A stretch of 64,000 bases of DNA from assembly GCA_017654855.1 (NCBI GenBank), contig CM030336.1, positions 1,054,001 through 1,118,000 on the forward strand, given 5' to 3'. The translations under genes were made by a program, and so were the position numbers. The DNA comes from Podospora anserina (taxonomy: Eukaryota). Shown piece by piece: positions 38,587-50,226 of the stretch. The notes beneath the pieces are model-generated. The model was given only the letters and a program-made list of their open reading frames with translations. It was not told the origin of the DNA and did not search any database. The first letter of the stretch is position 1. The number at the start of each line of letters is the position of its first letter.

Positions 38587-39269
38587 CAGGCGGGGCGGAG
38601 GAGCCGGCGCAAAAGGGACAGAAGCTTCGAAGGGAACGGAGGGATATTGCCATTCCAATGCTTTGTGCCTTTTGAGTCCCCAGACAGGCAGCTGTACAAG
38701 CTTTTCATTGCTGTGGCCGTTGTGTGCAACCACTGTCGCACATGGGTATCCAACGACCCAAACTCCAGGTTGGCAATCATGCCCCAGTTGGCATCCAGCC
38801 CCACGTCTGCGGCGGGCGTACGGCTCGGCACGGGGGTTGTAACTTGGTAAACACCGTGTCACAGATAAGAATGGCATTTGTCCTTCCTTCAACAGACGCC
38901 GACAGCGTCAAAGATAACGCCGGCGGCTGTCGTTGGACGCTACCCTGGTCGCGCCGCAGTATATTGAGCACTGTGCCGCTGCTAGACCGCGCCCGCGCCG
39001 CAGCTCGCATGTCCCCCGGCCTGCACGACATCTCCAGACGATTCCAGGAACCGCTTCTAGAATAGCGCCGAGAGCTGACCCCGAGAAGGATGACGGCACA
39101 GTCCAGCTTACAGAATGCCCTGTCGGATCTGCCCGCAATTATGTATCCAACGAAGAGGGCATCCAAAGTCCAAATGCTGCCCGCGGCCCGTCGCCATTTC
39201 CTCTCCTCAACACGCTGAAGGTCCCGGTGCTGAGAGATGGTGGCAGTCACAGTCGCAGAGCTTTCGGCC

Positions 39270-41267
39270 ATGGCGACAGCGGCTCCGGCCTCCGCCGTCG
39301 ACTATGCCGACGTGCTTCGGCATCCCGAGAAGTACTACCAGGTAATCTAGATGCCCATTCCCAGCAGTTCGGCTCAGTTCTGACACCTTGTCCATAGGGA
39401 TTCGACCTTGTCTGGATTATGATCTCATCAGCCTTGGTCTTTATCATGATACCATCCCTATCTCTCATATATTCCGGCCTTGGCAATCGTTCATTCGCGT
39501 TAACACTATTTCGACTTCCTTTGATCACGGCGGCTTTCGTTGGCCTTCAGTGGGCACTCTGGGGCTATCTTGTCACCTTCACCAACTCCATGCTGCCCTC
39601 GAACTGGTGGGGCGGAGAGAACCGAGCTGGTGGACTGCGAGATGTGGCAGGGCGGCCTGTTGTGGTGGGAGATGGACCCGACGAGTCTGCCGTTATTCCA
39701 GAGCTGGTGTTTGCGTTATATGAGGGTATGTTTGCTGCATTCACCGCCGCCGTGGTCTGTGGTGGAACCATGCACCGAACACGGCCGAGGCGCTTCATCA
39801 TCTTTATCAGTCTTTGGTCGTTACTTGTCTATGACCCTGTTGCGAGATGGACATGGAGCAGCAAGGGGTGGCTGAGGGAACTTGGGAGTTTGGACTTTGC
39901 TGGTGGAACGCCGGTCCATATCGTCAGCGGAACGACGGTGGCCGCTTTTGCTGTCTTTTGCTCCATTGAATCGAGGGGCAACCTGCTCGACTTCCTCATC
40001 GACGCTGGCCACAAGGTTTGGCGACGAGTTCAACATCTCGCGTATGGTGTGTGGAGCATCCTGAGAATTGTCATCTTGTTGTTTACATGTGGACACCTCA
40101 GAGTCCCGGAAGGAGAGGACGCGCCAAACGAGGAGCTATCAGAACAGGGCGTGGAAAGCTTCCCGTACAATATCAACTTCGTTGTGCTTGGAACGGCATT
40201 TCTCTGGTTTGGTTGGGCTGGCTTCAATGGCGGTTCCGCTTTGGGTGGAAATTTGCGGGCGGTCTCGGCATGGACTGCCACCCATGTCTCGGCTTGTGCT
40301 GGCGGTGTCACCGGGATGCTCTGGATTTGGCTGATGAAGGGCGTGCCGGAAACCGATGTTGAGCTGGAAGGTGGCGATCCCCGGGACGAAGCTGCCAGAA
40401 ATCGTGCTATGGCAAGACAGGCCTTCGACCGTATTTCGGTATTCTTCTTTTGCGATGGTGCCATTGCAGGACTGGTGGCGATCACGCCGGCAGCGGGTTA
40501 TGTGAGTTCGCCTGACGCTTCAAGTGTGCCCTGTGTCTAACATCTTCAGGTTCCCGTCTGGAGTGCTCCAGTGTTTGGTGTTGTTGGTGCCCTTTGCGTC
40601 AACTTCCTGAAAAAAGAAGCCGAAATATTCCTTCGACATGACCCTTTGCAAATCTTTGCCGTGCACGCCGGCGGCGGTGTTGTCGGCATGGTTCTCACTG
40701 CTCTTTTTGTCGAGTAAGCATCTGCCTTCAAAGGTGCTCAAGTTGATACTGACCTCTCCTAGCTCAACAACAATTGGCCTTGATGGTCATTCGACCATCC
40801 CCCACCCCGAATACAGCACTGCGCAACGTGTGGGCTACCAGCTCGCCGATGTCTCGGCGGGCATGGGATATACCTTTTTCATGACACTTGGAATTTTGTA
40901 CCTGATGAAGTTGGTCGCCTTCATGTTTGGGAAGTCTTCTTGGAGCCAAACAGGGGTGTATAGCGACTCGAACAGGTTGGAGGACAACTTCCAAGCCGTG
41001 GTTCAACAGCAATGGCGCGGTGATTTGGATCCTGAGGGGCGGCCGTTCGGAAGGCTCGTCGCCCCATCGCTGCCCCCGGCGCCCTCAAGGCCTTTGAGAG
41101 ATGATGATATTCACTTGGAGCACCTCAAAAACCTGCCAAGTCCACCGAGGAGTGCGACTTCAGGTGCACAAGTGCCTCCATGGGGCATGATGCCGGAGTT
41201 GCCAGGGAGCCAGGGAATGCCGCCATGGCCGAGTTTACCGAGTCAGGGATTGCAGCCGCGCACGTAA
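39270..41267 (+). CDS. Divergent Amt/Mep ammonium transporter
   Basis: LVFIMIPSLSLIYSG, EGMFAAFT, LDFAGGTPVHI, LWFGWAGFNGGS, GAIAGLVAITPAAGYV, FAVHAGGG; introns starting at 39342, ~40502 and ~40714. Possible upstream ATG at 39237. Confidence 0.9.
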
Positions 41268-41500
41268 ATGAATCAAAATAAAAGTAGTCTAATTTGAGAA
41301 TTGGGAGTTATGGGAGGTCCAATGCACGATTTCTTTGGGATGCTCTGTAGCATGTTTGATCGAAAAGTTAAAGACGTGAACTCAGAGCCAGGAACGCCAA
41401 GAGCCAAGCGATCAGCCAATCATCGAACGGGATCTTACCAGCGACTGAAAGGTCGGTCTTCCTCATGCTCTTGTGAAACAGCAATAGATAATCTTTTCTC

Positions 41501-41538
41501 TTTTTTTTTTATTTTTTTTTTTTTTTTTTTTTTTTTTT
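41501..41538. repeat. Poly(T) tract (poly(A) on the minus strand)
   Basis: T10-A-T27, overlapping the stop codon of the 662-aa ORF. Confidence 0.95.
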
Positions 41539-43525
41539 ACATATATGGCGGGTTTGCAGATCTCCATCGTAACGACTCTCTTTCATGGGTAGCAATGGCA
41601 GGGATTGAGCTAAATATCTTGTCTTCCTGCCGCTCCTTCCACATGTCATCAAGCACACTCGCCATTTCCACCAGCACAATCCGCCTTTTGCCGCCGGTCG
41701 AGTCCACCAGAAATTTGATGCCTGATACCTCCGCCATCACCGCGCCTCTCGACTCGACAAGACGAAAGAACTCTTCGGCACTGGCACTCGATGCAGTCTC
41801 CTCACTCATCTCGCCTGACCAGACCAGTAGTTCGATCCACGGTTTTACTTTGACAGCTCGACCATTTGAGTTCCGAGCGGTTTTGGAGTTAACAGACTCT
41901 GACTGGGCACAGTATTGACATGGGAGTGGTTCTCCTGCTCTACCTCGATTCTCTTGTTCAGACTTCGTCGCTGCCTGGGCCATGGCTGTTCCAATCAACC
42001 TCAGCAATTCAGTCTTCGTCCGATGACCCATTGAGTCCTTCACATTGATATGCGCAACAGCCATGTTCCACAATTCATCGATCGCTGCCTCATGGGCTCT
42101 GTTTGTTAAAGTTGTCGCAAAAGACATGTCCAGGGGTGTTTCATTCGACGACCTCTTATTCACGTCCTGCAACAGAGCGTCAAACTCCCACAGCCACACA
42201 ACGCCTTCTGGAATGATCTTCTTTTGGTCGGATTCGGAAACCACGCAAGTCTCCACCAAAGTCCGGCACTGCCTCTCAAGTCGCTTTAACCGGCCTTTCG
42301 ACAGACGAATGTCTTGACGCAAAGAGTCCAGTGTCCCAGTCACCTCATCCTGCGTGTCCTCTCCCAGAGCCTCAACACGCGTTTGGGCCAAATATCGAAG
42401 CAGAGCGAGACCGAGAACGTCAGGTGGAGTGCAACGAAACAGCTTGTTGGCGCGGTGTTTTATCTGATCGGGGAATATGACAGACTCGATGGGCTTCATG
42501 CCCTCTGGCTCCCCATCAACCCCGAGCAATCGAGATACACTCAGGGCTTTGTCCCGAGCTCGAATCCACCGGATGCACTCGTCACGAAAGCACGTATCGC
42601 AGTAGATCCCTCCTTTTCTTGCCGGCCATACCCGATTTCCATCCTTTCGCTCATCTCTGACCCCCAATAAGACCGGGTTCCATAGTGTCGAGTCTACTTC
42701 AGCTTGCGGACGTTCAGCACCAAGGTTTGGGATCGACACCTCCTCCACTGCCTGGTATGTCTCCGCCTGCGCTTCTGCAGCGACTGTTGGCGGCGGATCA
42801 TTTACCCGATCAAACCCGAAGGGGCTCTGATTCCCTATTCGAGTTCTCAGGTTTAAGGGGACGACAGAGGAACGTCGTGGCCCTGGAGGGAAAACTTCCT
42901 GCTGCTGTCTAGTTGCTACAGGGCTGTCTGGAGAAAACGGAATGTAGTCGCCTGCAGCTATCATCTTGATCATACTCTGCATAGGTGAGATTCCAGGGAC
43001 CACGTTTCCTCGGTCCGCCTTATCCTTTGGCTTCGGTGGGGTTTCCCCCCTGTCTCTTGTCTCGTTTGGTGGCCATGGTGGACCAAACGGAAGGTAATCC
43101 TCGCTCATCTTCGGATCATGATCATCAATTCTTTCTTCCTCTGTGGGACTATCCTGACCAATCCGTGACGTCTTACGAGCTGATTTATACTTTTTCGATG
43201 GGTTGGGACGGCTTTTGATGGACCGAGTCGTCGTCTGTTCAACAGAGGCCCTGCCGCTGGAGGACGCAGAGCACTCCGTGACTTTGGGATCCCACCATGG
43301 TACATCGATTGGATCATCGGTGTCAGCATTTGATGAAAGCGACCGTGAGGAGCTTTGCGATGTGGTTGTTGGCGGTTGTATTCTGGGGAAAGCCCGAGCC
43401 CTTCGATTCGACCTTGTATACTGTGTGGTGTCAACTCTTGGCTTCTTGCCTGGTGGTTCGCTATCAGGGTACAGCTCCGAGAGCGGCGTGAATGGGAGGG
43501 GTCGTGCTGGTTGTTTTCCCGTCAT
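41537..43525 (-). CDS. Hypothetical 662-aa protein; disordered N-half, coiled coil and CxxC pairs
   Basis: Long uninterrupted ORF; CDTC and CQYC motifs; no recognised family. Confidence 0.75.
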   Translation of the reverse strand: MTGKQPARPLPFTPLSELYPDSEPPGKKPRVDTTQYTRSNRRARAFPRIQPPTTTSQSSSRSLSSNADTDDPIDVPWWDPKVTECSASSSGRASVEQTTTRSIKSRPNPSKKYKSARKTSRIGQDSPTEEERIDDHDPKMSEDYLPFGPPWPPNETRDRGETPPKPKDKADRGNVVPGISPMQSMIKMIAAGDYIPFSPDSPVATRQQQEVFPPGPRRSSVVPLNLRTRIGNQSPFGFDRVNDPPPTVAAEAQAETYQAVEEVSIPNLGAERPQAEVDSTLWNPVLLGVRDERKDGNRVWPARKGGIYCDTCFRDECIRWIRARDKALSVSRLLGVDGEPEGMKPIESVIFPDQIKHRANKLFRCTPPDVLGLALLRYLAQTRVEALGEDTQDEVTGTLDSLRQDIRLSKGRLKRLERQCRTLVETCVVSESDQKKIIPEGVVWLWEFDALLQDVNKRSSNETPLDMSFATTLTNRAHEAAIDELWNMAVAHINVKDSMGHRTKTELLRLIGTAMAQAATKSEQENRGRAGEPLPCQYCAQSESVNSKTARNSNGRAVKVKPWIELLVWSGEMSEETASSASAEEFFRLVESRGAVMAEVSGIKFLVDSTGGKRRIVLVEMASVLDDMWKERQEDKIFSSIPAIATHERESLRWRSANPPYM

Positions 43526-45384
43526 GATGGGGGATCGTGGGGGAGTCCCGGGCTGTTGTGTACTGTGTGGCTCGCGGGCTTAGAGCATTCTGGGGATCTT
43601 GTCGTTGGGTCAAAGGTGTGATGGCCCGTGGAGTGTGTTCCTGGATGGAAGTGGTTCTATTTTGGACGAGGTTTACGTGGTTGAAGATATCCGTTGGATT
43701 ATCCCTCCTGTTCAAAGCTCACCTTATGGTGCCTGGTTCGACTTTCTTTGTTGCCACCCATTCCACAGAGTCTCGGGCCCCCATAAAGTGGCAGACTTTG
43801 ACGACACGCCTGTTTCCGGCATGTTATAAGTGCGAGCATTGTTCACTTCAAGACAAAGAACTTATCCATGGCTTACCTACACCACAACATGGCACCTACA
43901 TTACTTGTGCAGTGGTCAACAAGGGCTATTGTCGGCCTTGCGCTGCCCCTTTTTCTTTTTTTTACAAGTTGGGAAAGGCAACCACCGGCCTAACCACAAT
44001 CAAATCCAAGACGTTACCAGAGATTATCTTCTGTTGCAAATACTCCAACATACGACGGCCTGTCTTTCCGTCCACCTACTCCTCCAGATGCATCAACCCA
44101 CGAACTGCCTTCCCTTTCGAGCATCCAGTCGACACAGCCCCTAAATCGTCACCCACACCTAAAGGCTGCCCTCCATCACCCCATAATGGCTCAACCCGCG
44201 GCGGCTCTCAAACACGGCAACAAGTCAATCCCAACGCCATGGATCAGGCACCCCGTTCCCTTCTCCGGCCTTGCCTCGCTTACACGCACGAGGTATATTT
44301 TGCCGGGTGAACACTATGATTTTGCATGCGCGGGCCGGATGTATCATGTTGTGTAGTTGGGGCAGCCCGTGGGAGCCAACTTGCCAAGGTCCGGTTTGGA
44401 TACTACTCTATATTCTGTTATCTTCCGCTTCCCATGTGTTGTCAAATAACCCTGAAGTCAAACCACACTAAGCAGCGGTCCCTAACCGGAACCTACCTAC
44501 CTAGTTGCACCCCCAAAGCCAAAACACACTTCAATGTGAGCCAGCCTAGTGGTGGTCGTAAATCAAGCCATGTAGCCGCACTCCCGGCGTGGCGCCCTGG
44601 TGTAACTCGACTGATTACCTCCGAGCAGTAAGCCACCAACCTGACTCCCACCCCTCCCCCCTCACAAACAATATTACATCTCCGGCCGGGATTACCAAAC
44701 CTACAACTCCCTATTCCTCCCGAAGTGAGCTGCCCAACTACCGACTGCAACACCAATCAAACCTCCCCCAAAAACCTAATTGTTCCATCGTGCCCGATGC
44801 CAAAGTGGCGTTAATACCGAAAAATCATGCCAGACGCTACAGTAAGCTCACAATTTGCTGCATTGTTTTCAGGGCAAGCCTTTCTCTGCCTTAGTTATTG
44901 TACAATGTCCAAAGTCAAACCTAGCATAATGCCCGTTCATCACAAGGCAGGCAGGTCCAGAAAAGTGTTTCTGTTTCTTCCACAAAGAAGGGGGGTTTCC
45001 TGGCCAGAATCTGCTGTGCAACATGCCAAAAGGCGCCACTGTAACCACACCATTGTTGATCCGGGCCCCTGACTCCGGATCACCACACCATGTTCTCAAC
45101 CTCACTTCTTTCTTCATACATTTCATTTCTTCGCAAAATTCTTGAAACATTTTTCTCCCGAGTAAAAACAGTGCCCTAGCTAATAATGATACTGGTAACA
45201 AAAGAAAACAAAGACTAAAAAATGGTAGTAGTAATCCAGCCTCCCCCCCCCCTACCAAAGATATTGACGGCTACATGACCCCAGCATTCACCCTTCGCCC
45301 TTCCTGACCAAAGCAGAAATTACATACACTCTATTGCCAATGTGTGCTCTGTTCCATTGCCCTCCTCTTTCTGCACCTCCCCCA

Positions 45385-47102
45385 CTACACCTTCAACTCC
45401 CCCATAACCTCCTGATAATTCGACAAGATCAGCTTCCCCCTCTCCTCACTCCTCACCTTGAAGCTCAAATGATACGGCAACGGCTCCAAAATAACATGGC
45501 TGTTTGTCGCCTGCGTGTCAATTGGCACTGGTACTCCCGTGCGCGGGCAAATCTTGGGACCAGATTTGAACGCCCAGAGATACGAAGCTCCAAAGACAAA
45601 CATCTCGTCATCGACAATATTCTGCCCGAGGCAAGTACGTCGACCCCAGCCAAAGCTGTGCATGGCCTGCCCCTCGCGGAAGTTGGGGTACCTGGTAAGA
45701 GGTTCTTGATACGTGGGCCACCCGGGCTCGAGCCAGCGCTCGGGGCGGAAGTTGTCGCCGTCAGGGTACTTTTCGGGGACGCGGTTGAGGCTCCTGTGCC
45801 AGATTGTTAGCAATTTCATGTGAAGATGGATCCGCAGAGAAAGATACATACCACTCGCAAGCGAGAATAATAGTCCCCTTCTTGATGGGAACCCCCCTAA
45901 AAACATCATCCCGCTCAGCCTGATGAGGAACACCAAGCGGAACCCCCGACCTCCACCTCACCGTCTCCTTCAAACACGCCCTCACAGTCGGCAAGTCAGG
46001 AAAGTCTTTCATAGTCGGCATCCTGTCCCCGCAGACCCTGTCAATCTCCTCCTGTGCCTTCCTCTGCCACTCCGGATGCAGCGCCATGGCCATTAAGAAA
46101 AACTTTAGCGGTCCACTAATCGTCACTACACCGACTAGGTTCACAAACCCAATCATGCAGCTCGCAAAGATCTCCTGCTCCTCTTCCTGATCCAGACTCT
46201 CGTTCCCTTCCCTCTTCAATTGCTCAAAATACCGGTAGGCCCACGTGTCGTTAGGGAGCGTGCCCTTGAGCATCCTGTCCTTGGCCAGGCGGAAGTTATT
46301 AAGCCACCAGGCCCGCTGTTCCTTCTCGCGCTTGATTTCAAAGTTGTACCATGGGTTCATGAACGAGGGCAGGTGCCAGAGCGGCGTGACGGTGTTGGTG
46401 ATCGGACCGGAGACGCTCATGCAGTGGAGGGTGGTGTCGGCGCTATCACCGTTGGCCTTTCCCTGAGTAGCGTCATCCCAGGCGAGTCGGGACATGACAC
46501 GGCCGCAGTACTCACGCGTGTAGTCGAGGAATCGGGCGGGATCGATGAGGAGAAGGCCGAGGTAGCGTTTCATTTCCTTTTCGCAGTGGCCGTAAAAGTG
46601 GTGCTTGTATGCTTCGGCCATAGCGGCGTGTGCCCACTTACGCTGCGTCTTCCATGTGTCTGAAGGCGACAGATTAGTTCGTGGCATTCGATGAGAGCAG
46701 TGAGAGAGAAGTCTTACCATGACGGTCCATCAAAGCAGAGTATCCAACTCCCTCCTTGTGGTTGATGAGAGATCGAATCTGAGGCCGACCGGAGTAGATG
46801 TGCCCTCTCTTAACCAACAGCTCCTCCGCAATCTTCTCGTCCGACACGATGATGAACGTCTGATCCACTGCCCTGGTCTGGAAAATAGGTCCATGTTCAT
46901 CGGCCCACTCCTTGAACTTCAACCACATGGAAAACCGGGGGAGGTCATGAATACGGCCTACAAAAGGATACTGCTTGGGACCGGGGAACTTGGCCACCGT
47001 GGTGACCAACTTCTTCTTCTTCCATGACAGGATCTGCTGGATGGCCGAGTAGACCAGACTGGGGATGGCGAGATAGAGCAAGATGAGCGTGAGGCCCTCC
47101 AT
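45385..47102 (-). CDS. Cytochrome P450 (2 introns)
   Basis: N-terminal anchor, FPGP, KETVR (ExxR), PERW, heme motif FGWGRRTCLG; introns 46660-46717 and 45794-45851. Confidence 0.93.
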
Positions 47103-50100
47103 CTTGGCTTGACTGCCTCTTCAGGTATCCACGGGAAGGAAGGTGAGAAGGTGTCTGTGGAATGGTTCGATGATTTGCAGAAACAAGGTGCAAGATCAAC
47201 CAGGGGTCAAGGTCAACGATGAATGTGTCCTTTCCCTTTTGCTCTTTCTGACTCTTCAACGACCTCAGGGCTGAGAAGGGCGGGGGGTTGACAGGATCAG
47301 GGCGCTTTCCGCCTTTCTGAAAGGCAAGAGCCAAGAGCAACGGAAGCCAGGGCAGGTGGGATGGGCGGATGGAAGTTATATCTGTCTCATACCAATGCTC
47401 TTTCCCTTCCGGGATCCGAAGACAGGGCGGTCCGTTGCTGTGTGAGACATTGCCCTATTAAGTCAAGTCTGTCACCCGGAAACGTCGTACATCTCGCTTC
47501 CCAGGACCACAGCCAATATGGCGCCAGAGCTGCCAACACTATCGCAGGAAGCTCGGTGGCCCAACCGCTTCCGGCTGCGTGTTTGGATCAGACAGTGGAG
47601 AGAGTCCGTAGAGTGGGCGATGGCGGCGGGCATCTTGAACAGGCTGTTGGTGCGTATCCTGGTCTGTGGGATTCCGCGGGCTTCAGAGGTGAGCATGTGG
47701 CCGTAGCTCTGCCGCGCCGTAATTAGGTCTTATTCGGGGAGTATATTATCTCAAAGTGCCTAGGAGACAGATGTGCGATTCAGCCTATTATCTGCCAGGA
47801 AATGTTGCACTGTCTAGCCCACTTACATCCGTTCCGAAGGAGAGGCTCGCGCCCCAAGAATAGTCAAGACCGGCTTGAAAATGTGCAGAATAATTGCCTT
47901 GTTCCCATCGTTCAGGTTCATGATGCACGAACTTCCCGCTCCCCACAAACCAAAATTCCCTCCTGTACCCGGATTCCCTTTCCTGGTACGCTCCCAACAA
48001 CGGCCGGGGAGGCACCAATAAGAGGTCCAGGATCCAGCTATCAAGGACTGTGCCTCATCATATCCTGTTGGAGTAAAAGAGGGCGATGGAGGTGAGAAAG
48101 CCGTTGACTATCTGGACGATATTAGTAATGTCACTACCGTAACGCCGCAGCCGCCCTGTCAGCGCGAACCGTCGAACAATGCGGTGTGTTTGTGCGCAGG
48201 TGGCCGTCTCAATTAGTGCTACAATGCCAGTACGGCAGAATGCAGTGGGTTCCATTTCCGTTAAAATTCTGTCTCACCACAAGGCCGGAAACTGGCAGGG
48301 GGTGGTGCTGGGCACATGTGTGTGGAGATGGTGACAGGACATTATTTGGGGATGTCCGCCACAGCATCGCTTGACAAGCGAATGAAGAGCCACACCATTC
48401 TTCAATGGGCCAGGCAGAACATGTCAGACGGGAGCGCGTTGGCGACCAGATTCTTGGGACAACAATCCTCCGACTTTTGTTGCATCGAATCTGGTGCCTG
48501 TGTCTGAATAAACGACTGGATGGAGCCGTCACTGCCATTGATGGCTTTGCACGTAAACTCGGATAATTCTGCTCACTCCGGACCCGAGAGAAACAGCAAT
48601 ACCGGTGCTTCCCTCACCACACTGGCGAGTAAGCATATTGCTTTTTGACGTGAGTAGCCCGCCGGCGGTGGGAAAGAGTTGCCGGCGGCTTTTCGGTTGG
48701 TCTGATAGTGACAAAGGCTGAAGGCTGCATCATTGTGAGACCATCTCCACATCTGCTGTGATCGCTGTCGCACCACTGCTGCCATCTTAGACACCAGGAT
48801 CGGAACATTGCAAACCAGATGCCGTGTGTAGGCCACACAGAACCACCATTGTCAGCATCGGACTAGAGTTTGTGTCTTCTCGCAAAAGGGTACGAAAGAC
48901 TAGAATCATCAAGAGTTCTGTCGTGTGATGTTGCCTTGCTCAGCACGTGATTTGGACTGGGTATCTCGGTTCCATCGATCATCACGGCAGTACCTTAGCT
49001 CTCAGACCCTGAGCCTCGTCTGGCCTGGGTTGGGATCGGCATCGATGTGTCGTGGTTTCGCGCGGAACATACTAGACGGCGCTTCTTCGGATCGGAACGG
49101 GTTGTCTCCAACCCACTGGAAAAGAAATCAGGTCGGAGCTGATTCTGGTCAAGCAGATTGCTGCACGCAAGGGATGCCGGGATCCAAGACGCATGTTTCG
49201 CCGCGTCTGCTATGTTGATCGCCCTTCTTATGTGCTTGAAGAAGGAAGGGCGAGCTGTGATACGGCAGCTTTGAAGTCGGGACCGAGACTCGCATCAAAA
49301 ACCGAGGATCTGTCTGTAAAGTATTAAGTGTCAGTTCCACGCCGTGAGAAAGTTGTTGACCTCTCACTTTCAGCTTCTGAATGTCCTGCAGAGCATCGTC
49401 AGCAGTCAATGATGCAGCTACGTGGCCGTCTGGAGGTTGAGACAATCTTGATATGCCCATCGCCTGGCCCATTCATTCGACCAACGAGTAGACATCGAAA
49501 ATCAAGCCGTTCACCAGAGCCAGCAGACGTGGAATCTCTACAAGGCCAGGCAGGCCGGGCCGAGGGTTCCACGGGGTAGAGACATGATAAACGCCAATTG
49601 GAGCTGCATCTGGTTGGTCTGAAAAGTTGTTGCCCACCACCGCAAAAGTTGACTGATATGGAAGACGTTGGATTATGATTCCACCCCCCAGCGGGTGGGG
49701 CTTAGAACAAAACGGCGTCCTTGTGTAGCGATGGCGTTCCTTTGTGTTCCCGAACATGGAAGAGGCTCGCGCTACAGAGCATACCGCAGGAAGATACTCC
49801 GTAAGCTGGAAATGGCGTTGCAGGCTGGATTGGCCGTCCTTGGGCCCTGTGGTTTTGGCGGATCGCAGGCGAAGACGGAAGCCACCAATTGCAAGCAGGG
49901 CATTGCGTTGGTGTTCCCAGTCGGCATCGAGAAGATTGCATCCCGAGATCGGGAGCAGTTTCAGCGGGAAGAACAGCCTGGAACCCCTGCTTCCCCGAGA
50001 GACCCGCAGGCCACCACCAGCTGGCCCCAGCTGCCTATCTGGTGCCCTATCACCACTTCCAAAATGACCCCGCCAAACACAGATTTGGTGCAACAGCCCG

Positions 50101-50226
50101 CCTGATGTCATCTTGCGCGCGTACCTGGTGAAGGCACACGGACTGCTCGGCTTCGGGACCACGCGTTCAGTTTTGCAGCAGAGTGAACAGTGTCTCGCGC
50201 GGTTGCTCGAGACGGATTCTGTCAAC

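Noticed and set aside
43537-45258. 257-aa and smaller ORFs
   Set aside because: No recognisable domains; likely intergenic or UTR sequence.
47361-50220. Multiple ORFs (including 265 aa at 49473-50270) between the P450 and palA
   Set aside because: No motifs, non-ATG starts, mutually overlapping frames; cannot support a gene, though a decayed one is not excluded.
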